Part shown: positions 57,222 through 64,000 of the stretch, one piece after another
How positions within the stretch are numbered: position 1 is the first letter of the stretch
Layout of the letters: each line of letters begins with the position of its first letter
DNA from: a virus
Strand: one strand, 5' to 3'
Virus record (IMG/VR): IMGVR_UViG_3300020457_000004
Span: 1 to 64,000 of that record
Length of the DNA stretch: 64,000 nt
Translations under genes and position numbers: made by a program
The notes under the pieces: model-generated
Database searches by the model: none
Told to the model about the DNA's origin: nothing
Seen by the model: the letters and a program-made list of their open reading frames with translations, nothing else

Positions 57222-58217
57222 TTATACATAAGTTTGGTCAAACTCCTCCACAAACCTATAGGGGTCATCCTTATAGGGATTTGCATTATGATTAGGTGGT
57301 TCCTCAAATGTTACGGTAGGTGCATCTGAATAACCACTCCCAGCGTCATCTATAACAATTTTAGTTACTACTCCATCCGTTAACTCAGCATGTGCTCTCG
57401 CGTTACCAGTAAGAGTAATATTGGGTGGACTAGTATATCCTGCTCCACCGTATGTTATAGTAAATCCTGTAACCGAACCACCACTTATTGTTGCGGTTGC
57501 GGTTGGTAGTGTATTCCGTACTTCAAATGACTGTGTGACTCTCGGCCCACCAAATTCTGAATTCTCATATGTTTCTGCTATTGCTTTTTTGATAAACGAC
57601 TGATTACTTACAAAACCATAATAATTTAATTTCATGGTAAAGTTAAGTGTCCAGTTAATACTTTGTCTATCTGCAAATGCACCCTCAAATGTATCTTCGT
57701 AACTAACACTATCCAAAGTTATTTTTATATCTCTTTTAATACCTAACTCAGGCAAATCATTTATTGTCACATTGAAGTCTGGGTTAAAGTATGGGAAAAT
57801 CTGTTCTACTATCTGCAATGCATCTTCTTGATTTTTTGCAAACACATATAAAGATATGTTCATATCATATGGTGTAGATACAAAACTTGTTCTATATGAA
57901 TTTGTTTCCGCACCAGATGTAGTTATGTTCTTTTGTACAGGCGAAACCTTTCTTGATGGGTCATATTGAAACCCAACAATCTCAAATCCCATGCGAGGCA
58001 AACTAATTGCAACTTCTCCACGAGATTCGGTGTCTGGTATCGCCTCAATTCTAGTTAAAAACTTTTGTTTTGTAGAGTATGAAAGAGGTACACGAATCAC
58101 TTGTTCAGTAACCCCACCAGCATTTGACCTGTTTATTTGGATATTATTAAAAATAGTACCAAATGCAATTATGGCCTTGCGTGTGTGTTGATTATAAAAT
58201 TGTTTATTTTTAAACAT
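57222..58217 (-). CDS. 15: Tail sheath stabiliser gp15 with C-terminal beta-domain insertion
   Basis: AFGTIFNNI, LPRMGFEI, EQIFPYFNP. Confidence 0.93.
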   Translation of the reverse strand: MFKNKQFYNQHTRKAIIAFGTIFNNIQINRSNAGGVTEQVIRVPLSYSTKQKFLTRIEAIPDTESRGEVAISLPRMGFEIVGFQYDPSRKVSPVQKNITTSGAETNSYRTSFVSTPYDMNISLYVFAKNQEDALQIVEQIFPYFNPDFNVTINDLPELGIKRDIKITLDSVSYEDTFEGAFADRQSINWTLNFTMKLNYYGFVSNQSFIKKAIAETYENSEFGGPRVTQSFEVRNTLPTATATISGGSVTGFTITYGGAGYTSPPNITLTGNARAHAELTDGVVTKIVIDDAGSGYSDAPTVTFEEPPNHNANPYKDDPYRFVEEFDQTYV

Positions 58218-58969
58218 TATATTTCACCAAATGGATTCTTCTCTGTAAAGTCTAATATGTTAGATGCGGATTGTAATGAATCAAAGTCCTCGTTGTCCAC
58301 GCCAACATTTCCTCTACTGGTTTGGAAACTCTCTAGTATCAGAGTAGATTGGTCTTCTAGTCTTAACAAGTCGCCATTCTCCAACTGGAACTGGAACTGT
58401 AGAATATCAAGACTTTGCAAGTCTTCGATTCCATCGATATCACTATCACCAGTATCAAGTCTTTCTGAACTGTACTCAAAGAGTTCGCATTGAAGTCTGA
58501 ATGTATAAATTTTTCCTAACTGATAAAAAGGATTCTGAAACTCTACCAGTTTAATTTCAAACAAAGATTTTGTTTTTGGAAAGTATAACAAGTCACCTTC
58601 AGCGGGTCTTGCCGTTAACTGGAATGTACCACCAGCATCTTCTTCTCTATCAACCATCTGTTCCCACCTTCTCTTGGAAAGAACAAATGTTGCTTGGTCT
58701 CTAATTTCTATTCCAAACCTAGTGAATAGTTCTCCTTCGCCCTCATACCCTTCTACATTTTCCAAGTACATTTCGAGTGGATATTGTTGCGTGAACTTAG
58801 ACAATTCATCTTCATCAAAGATAGTGTCCCTGTTTACCAAAGTCCTAGGCATATAGTGAACATCATGTCCATATATCTTTAGACTTTCAATAACCAAGTC
58901 TTCTACTAATCGTTGTTCGTTAGCAGTTCCACTTGTATTGCCAGATTGGAAGTAAACATTGGTTGCCAT
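58217..58969 (-). CDS. 14: Neck protein gp14
   Basis: ESLKIYG, PAEGDLLYFP, FYQLGK, NPFG. Confidence 0.95.
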   Translation of the reverse strand: MATNVYFQSGNTSGTANEQRLVEDLVIESLKIYGHDVHYMPRTLVNRDTIFDEDELSKFTQQYPLEMYLENVEGYEGEGELFTRFGIEIRDQATFVLSKRRWEQMVDREEDAGGTFQLTARPAEGDLLYFPKTKSLFEIKLVEFQNPFYQLGKIYTFRLQCELFEYSSERLDTGDSDIDGIEDLQSLDILQFQFQLENGDLLRLEDQSTLILESFQTSRGNVGVDNEDFDSLQSASNILDFTEKNPFGEI

Positions 58970-58973
58970 TTAT

Positions 58974-59930
58974 TTACCCTGTCATCATCATTGGGGGTAA
59001 CTCATACTTCATTTGCATTTCATCTTCTATTATAGAAATTTCTTGAATTGCTTCTCCGTATATTTGGTCACCATTGAGTGTTACTCCGCCTGGCAACGCG
59101 ATTCCCCCGAACTTTTTCATGTTCTCACCCCATTGTCTTTTGATAAGAGCAGTAGCATATCTTTTCAAGAACATATCATCATAAACCTCTGTGAATGTAT
59201 CTGGGTCTATTATAGCATATGCTTCCGCGACAATATAATTATCTATATCAAAAGTTGCATCCATGTCCGTATCTAGATACATTCTGTTTGTTTTTCTGTT
59301 AAACCTAATAGCTCTTTCATTACTGAATATACTTTCTAATACATTCAAATGGGTCTTAACCATTGAGTAGTATGTGATATCAGCAGAAAGTAGATTGTAT
59401 AAGTCATTCAATGCAAACTGATAATCTACATCAAACAGTCCATCTGATTTACTACCCACGAGAGCACCGAACTTAAACGCTCTTATTATATTCAAAATAT
59501 TATTACCTATAGGGATATATCCATTTTCTATATCACCCTTCGATATACTTTGAATAGTTGCAGTAGTACCAGAGTCCGAACCTGTAATTACTTCACCTAC
59601 TTCAAATGCTGAAGCGGTAACTGATTTTTCATATATTACTGAAGTACCAGAACTTGACTCATGTATTGTTGATTTCGCACCAGATGTTCCACCAATGAAT
59701 GTTTCCCCTGCTGTGAATGTAGCACTACCTGTCAAAGTTATGGTAGACCCAGTTAACTTGTGTTTGATAAACGACCTCTCGACACCATCAAAATGGTATT
59801 CATTCCAATGTTGAAAGGCATCATCTATTCTATCTGATATTTGGTCTTCATCGACATTGATTTCGATGACAGGAGCTCCCAATCTTCGCAAACAATAGTC
59901 AATGAGTCCTTGTCTTGTGGATAACGCCAT
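58974..59930 (-). CDS. 13: Neck protein gp13
   Basis: YCLRRLGAPVIEINV, KRQWGENMKKF, LPGGVTLNG. Confidence 0.96.
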   Translation of the reverse strand: MALSTRQGLIDYCLRRLGAPVIEINVDEDQISDRIDDAFQHWNEYHFDGVERSFIKHKLTGSTITLTGSATFTAGETFIGGTSGAKSTIHESSSGTSVIYEKSVTASAFEVGEVITGSDSGTTATIQSISKGDIENGYIPIGNNILNIIRAFKFGALVGSKSDGLFDVDYQFALNDLYNLLSADITYYSMVKTHLNVLESIFSNERAIRFNRKTNRMYLDTDMDATFDIDNYIVAEAYAIIDPDTFTEVYDDMFLKRYATALIKRQWGENMKKFGGIALPGGVTLNGDQIYGEAIQEISIIEDEMQMKYELPPMMMTG

Positions 59931-59964
59931 GTGGACTCCTAAAAATAATTTTAATTTCTTCGAC

Positions 59965-59972
59965 TATTTATA
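59965..59972 (-). promoter_or_regulatory. T4-type late promoter TATAAATA
   Basis: Upstream of gp13. Confidence 0.85.
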
Positions 59973-59976
59973 AGAC

Positions 59977-61470
59977 TTAGGATTGGTCGTATGCGTATAG
60001 TAAGGCTTTGAGGGCGTCAATCTCTTGTTTTACAAACGCTGTAGTGGCAATTTGTGTTGTATTTGTCCCAGTTGACGCTGTTGGAGCGGTTGGTGTTCCT
60101 GTTAAAGCTGCACTAGCAAGAGGTGCCTTGGTAGCAATATTATTTGTTACTGTAGTAGAAAAGTTCTCATCATCTCCCAAAGCAGCTGCAAGTTCATTTA
60201 AAGTGTTTAAAGTTGATGGCGCAGAGTCAACAAGATTTGCAGTAGCTGTTTCAACATAGGCAGTTGTAGCAATCTTTGTACTATTATCACTCGCAGATTG
60301 TGTTGGCGCAGTAGGATTACCAGTAAGTGCTGGACTAGCAAGTGTTGCATACGCGCTTAAGTCTGGTGGTGTGTATGTAAATACACCAGTAGAATTATTA
60401 TATGAAATGCCACCGTCACCAGATGCAGATGCTTCACTACCCACAGACAATCCACTAAGGGTCACAAAACTACCAGATTGTTGAGCGTCAATTAATGTTC
60501 TAATCTCAGCTGCGGTTACACCAGTTGCAAGTGCTGGAGTTCCAGAGTTATCCAGTATTGCAGCTTGGTCACCAGAATCAATTGCAACTCCTTCCCACTT
60601 CTTAGTGGAAGAACTATATCGTAGGAACCTACCATCTGTTGTAGCAGATGAACGGTCAATATCATCTAAGAATTCTAGTCGAACTTCACCACCGCCACCG
60701 ATACCTTGCATAGCAAGAATCATTTGTCGGATATTTGTATTGATAGAGTCTATTTGTTTTTGAACACTAGCAGTCTCATCAACCTGTTCTTGTACAGATT
60801 CTTTTCTTTCCGCGAGATATTGAACTGCGAGTTCTTGTAATTGTCTTTCGTCCTTGTTCTTCTTCTCTACTGGTTTGAGATTAAGAATATCCATGACAGT
60901 ACTGTAAGCATCTTTAGTTACATTAAATGACTCTGGTTGCGCTTCTTCTGTTATCTCTTCTGTTTCTTGTACCGCACCAGCATATTTCATTTCTAACTTA
61001 TTAACCTTTGCTTCTAAGGCAGAAATATCTGGGTCTAATTTTCCTGTTGTATTTGGTTCTGGGGGTGGTAATTCTTCAGGCCACTCTTTATCCATATCTT
61101 CTGACATTTGACTTACTGGGCGAATGTCAAACTCTGAAGCCATTTTCTCTGGATTGATACCAGCAAAGAAATCGGGAGTTTCTTTTACTATCTTTTCTTC
61201 TGGTTCTTCATATATTAATGGAGTTACATCCTTAAACTCATCTCTAATTTCTTGTAACTTTTCTAATTTGTTTTTATTTTGTTCTTCAACTTCCGAAAGT
61301 TTTTTTAACTCGCTCTTAAATACTCCCCAGAAATCCTCTTGGACTTTTTTACTGTGGGACTTTTTCTTCTGAGATTTTTCTACTTCTTTGAGAATTTCTT
61401 CTTTTTGCAGTTGCTGGTTTCTAGTTTTTTCTTTTGCAATTGCCTCAAAGAGTTTTTTTAACTCATCCAT
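59977..61470 (-). CDS. Fibre-like protein: acidic coiled-coil N half, tail-fibre repeats in C half
   Basis: Two LTGxPTAPT...IATTA(Y/F)V repeats and TLNELAAALG; GGGEVRLEFLDD hinge. Confidence 0.65.
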   Translation of the reverse strand: MDELKKLFEAIAKEKTRNQQLQKEEILKEVEKSQKKKSHSKKVQEDFWGVFKSELKKLSEVEEQNKNKLEKLQEIRDEFKDVTPLIYEEPEEKIVKETPDFFAGINPEKMASEFDIRPVSQMSEDMDKEWPEELPPPEPNTTGKLDPDISALEAKVNKLEMKYAGAVQETEEITEEAQPESFNVTKDAYSTVMDILNLKPVEKKNKDERQLQELAVQYLAERKESVQEQVDETASVQKQIDSINTNIRQMILAMQGIGGGGEVRLEFLDDIDRSSATTDGRFLRYSSSTKKWEGVAIDSGDQAAILDNSGTPALATGVTAAEIRTLIDAQQSGSFVTLSGLSVGSEASASGDGGISYNNSTGVFTYTPPDLSAYATLASPALTGNPTAPTQSASDNSTKIATTAYVETATANLVDSAPSTLNTLNELAAALGDDENFSTTVTNNIATKAPLASAALTGTPTAPTASTGTNTTQIATTAFVKQEIDALKALLYAYDQS

Positions 61471-61640
61471 TACTCTTTCCTTTTTTCTTTCGGTTTCTCG
61501 AAATCTACCGTAACTCCAGAATCATTCCAAGACTTCTTTTCTTCTATGCTGTAGTCCTCGCCATACCTACCTCTATCACGGTTACCATCTCCGTTCAATT
61601 CGGTTAGGTCTTGTTGTGTTTCTTTAAAATTTTTTGCCAC
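61470..61640 (-). CDS. 56-aa protein with GTG start (not in ORF track)
   Basis: VAKNFKETQQDLTELNGDGNRDRGRYGE...; TAATG coupling to the next gene. Confidence 0.5.
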   Translation of the reverse strand: MAKNFKETQQDLTELNGDGNRDRGRYGEDYSIEEKKSWNDSGVTVDFEKPKEKRKE

Positions 61641-61651
61641 TTTTCATTTCC

Positions 61652-61987
61652 TTATGATTTAGTTACTTGTGGTGTTACCGTTATTATGCCTTCCTGTACC
61701 CTCAATACTTCTGGTGCGTTTGTAATTTCAACATCATAAACATATCTACCAGACTTCAACGCGGCTGTTTGTGTTGCTGTCAAAGACAAAGTTATAACAC
61801 CAGTAGCATCAACTTGAGCGGTTGTAAAACTATTATAAGTAGTACTGTCATAGCTTTTTCGGAACTGTGATTCTGTCGTATAGCCTGTAAGGTTTTTAGC
61901 GGTTGACCCATCTGTAGTTACTGTTAGGGTCTCACTAAAAGTAGTACCTTGGTCTATCGTTATATTTTTAATTACTTTTTTTGCCAT
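61652..61987 (-). CDS. Conserved virion structural protein
   Basis: IDQGTTF, LTGYT, GRYVYDV, EGIITVTP. Confidence 0.7.
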   Translation of the reverse strand: MAKKVIKNITIDQGTTFSETLTVTTDGSTAKNLTGYTTESQFRKSYDSTTYNSFTTAQVDATGVITLSLTATQTAALKSGRYVYDVEITNAPEVLRVQEGIITVTPQVTKS

Positions 61988-62006
61988 GGAAAATACCTTT
62001 TAAATT

Positions 62007-62660
62007 ATGAGAACAATTGTCACCCTCAAATACGGAAACAAATACTCTGCCGATGATGTAAACACTATTTATAATATGTGTAAACCATATCTATTCGGTG
62101 GCAACTTTTGGTGTCGAACCGATGACCCAAAAGGATTAAAACAAGGAATACTTACACAGAAGTATACTGGTCTAGGCAACTGGGAAAAAATCTTACTTCT
62201 TGGTAAAAATTTTGGTGGCCGAACCATATATTTAGACCTCGATGTTATAGTTCAAGGTAACCTTACCCCTTTATTTGACCTTTGCGATGAACCTACCATA
62301 TGCGAAACATACTGGAAAGACTTTGGTGGCGCGTGGAACTCTAGTGTTATGGCATGGAAATGTGATAATGCCGCCTATATAACAGAAGCATTTTTCAAAA
62401 ACTTTGATTTAAACTTGCATAAATACGATGGTAAGGATGATAATTTTTTATATGATGGAAGGTTCTTTAAACGAACATTCCCAAAAGGATTGATATATTC
62501 GTTCCTTGCTGGGGTAGACATGGAAACAGATACCTCACCAAGAGCTCATCAAATAAAACCAGATTATCCAATTGTCTTGTTAAACGGACAAAATGAAGTC
62601 AATTACAATTTGAGACAAAAATATTATGATGCACTTTCTTTGCATGAAATGGGGGAATAA
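62007..62660 (+). CDS. GT-A glycosyltransferase-like protein
   Basis: KYGNKY, YLDLDV (DxD), NSSVM. Confidence 0.7.
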   Translation: MRTIVTLKYGNKYSADDVNTIYNMCKPYLFGGNFWCRTDDPKGLKQGILTQKYTGLGNWEKILLLGKNFGGRTIYLDLDVIVQGNLTPLFDLCDEPTICETYWKDFGGAWNSSVMAWKCDNAAYITEAFFKNFDLNLHKYDGKDDNFLYDGRFFKRTFPKGLIYSFLAGVDMETDTSPRAHQIKPDYPIVLLNGQNEVNYNLRQKYYDALSLHEMGE

Positions 62661-64000
62661 GTACTCTCCAGAATATGTAAATAATCTATACAGAATGGTT
62701 CAGCAGAACTACACCAAAAGGTTTAAGTTCATATGCTACACAGACGAACCAGAAGATATACACAAGGATATTAAGATTCGGTCTATACCCAATGTAGACC
62801 CTCTCCATCCACGGCATTGGTTTGGTCAAGAAAACTTCTGTTGGGATAGAGCAAAGTTTCTTGTTCTCAATTCCCACCATTGGTTAAAAACCAAAGGGCC
62901 TTTCTGTTATCTGGATTTAGATGTCATAATTCAAAACAACATCGATGACATATTTGAACTATCGAAAACTCCGCACATGATTTATTCCAATTGGGAAAAT
63001 CCAAAAGTTCTCAATGACAGAAGATTTACAGACATGCGTGGCACATTATACAACTCTAGTGTCATGTTATGGTGTACTGACCAAGGGGAAAAGATTTACA
63101 ATGATGTAATGAAACACAAGGACACGGTGTTTAAAACCTTTTGGAAAGGAACCGATAACTACTACCCATACAGAGAACATCAAGCAGTAGGCGATAACTA
63201 TTGGTCGTTCTTACCTAGTGATTGGGTATACTCCTACAATAGAGGGAGACAACATCCCAATGATGTCACGCAACACCTGTATAGAGAAGGTGCAAAATTC
63301 TGTATCTTTGAAGCATCCGTTGGTGGTAGAAACAAAAACAATCTCAAACCACACGAGTTAAGAGATTACAATCTACTCACACATTGGCACGGCAAAACAG
63401 AATTTGAAAGATTGTGGTTACCCAAGTTTCCAGATAACTTCTTTGATAAAAATAAACATACCAATAAGATATCTCAGTTATTGCGTACTAAAGACTACGA
63501 TACACTAGAAGAAAAATTCTTCAAAGACTTACCACAACTAAAACAAGATTGGGAACAATATTCAAAAGAGTTTGAAACACTACGCGAGTGGATTGGATTT
63601 GAATCTTTAACAGATAGTATGCTACAAGAAAACTATATGGACAAGGATACAATATCAGACATAAAAGAACTTATTGAAACAAATGATTTGCAATCCCTTT
63701 CAGAAAAAATGATTAATGACTTCCCAGAGTTGGAAGAATATTTTAAAGGTACAATTTCTGAAGTGAAGGTACATGTACCAGAATTAGAAAGAGAGATATC
63801 TGACCTTATTTTTATACGACAAATAGAACCGCACCACAAGGATATTATCAAAGAACTATATGATTCTGGTGATATGATTTCAATGCATAAAAAGTTTCTC
63901 GCTGACTATCCAGATGACCCTGTACTGTTACAGGGTGATGAGTCTTTGTATTGGAACAAAGATGCAAATGAGATATATGACTTTTACAAACAGAGGTACA
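62626..64000 (+). CDS. GT-A glycosyltransferase-like protein with long C-terminal extension (truncated by window edge)
   Basis: Translated by hand: MMHFLCMKWGNKYSPEYV...YLDLDV...YNSSVM; no stop before 64000. Confidence 0.75.
   Translation, partial: MMHFLCMKWGNKYSPEYVNNLYRMVQQNYTKRFKFICYTDEPEDIHKDIKIRSIPNVDPLHPRHWFGQENFCWDRAKFLVLNSHHWLKTKGPFCYLDLDVIIQNNIDDIFELSKTPHMIYSNWENPKVLNDRRFTDMRGTLYNSSVMLWCTDQGEKIYNDVMKHKDTVFKTFWKGTDNYYPYREHQAVGDNYWSFLPSDWVYSYNRGRQHPNDVTQHLYREGAKFCIFEASVGGRNKNNLKPHELRDYNLLTHWHGKTEFERLWLPKFPDNFFDKNKHTNKISQLLRTKDYDTLEEKFFKDLPQLKQDWEQYSKEFETLREWIGFESLTDSMLQENYMDKDTISDIKELIETNDLQSLSEKMINDFPELEEYFKGTISEVKVHVPELEREISDLIFIRQIEPHHKDIIKELYDSGDMISMHKKFLADYPDDPVLLQGDESLYWNKDANEIYDFYKQRY

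Noticed and set aside
183-61870. Numerous plus-strand ORFs in the track, and short minus-strand ORFs nested in other frames
   Set aside because: They are shadows of well-supported minus-strand genes, with no recognisable motifs.

Overview
64 kb segment of a large T4-like myovirus genome, most similar in gene content to marine T4-like phages of heterotrophic Proteobacteria. Almost all genes lie on the minus strand. Read right to left, the window contains: the neck/tail/head block (gp13-14-15-16-17-18-19-20-67-21-22-23-3); uvsY/uvsW and gp55; a putative DNA-modification island (DenV-like, DruA-like, glutaredoxin, PD-(D/E)xK, cytidylyltransferase, cupin, beta-glucosyltransferase-like); gp47/46; def, iscU and iscA; a VWA-peptidase/CobS-like AAA pair; gp45, peroxiredoxin, a Mom-like gene, gp44/62, regA, hsp20, gp43, uvsX and gp41; a spanin/holin-like cassette; and a late cluster of probable capsid-internal polyproteins and enzymes. 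A plus-strand glycosyltransferase-like block begins at 62007. No tRNA, CRISPR array, intron or intein was recognised. The most striking unannotated signals are: (1) three matching early promoters, each with an IHF-consensus site and a GATC-containing -10 box in a GATC-depleted genome, whose GA-rich leaders are complementary to the CU-rich loop of a hairpin RNA at 27896-27952 (candidate sRNA feedback circuit); (2) a 16-aa peptide gene with 8 Cys; (3) a ROSE-like thermometer and sigma32-like promoter on hsp20; (4) a candidate virion-delivered ligase/nucleotidyltransferase/kinase set. Family assignments come from motif recognition and T4 synteny, not from database searches.
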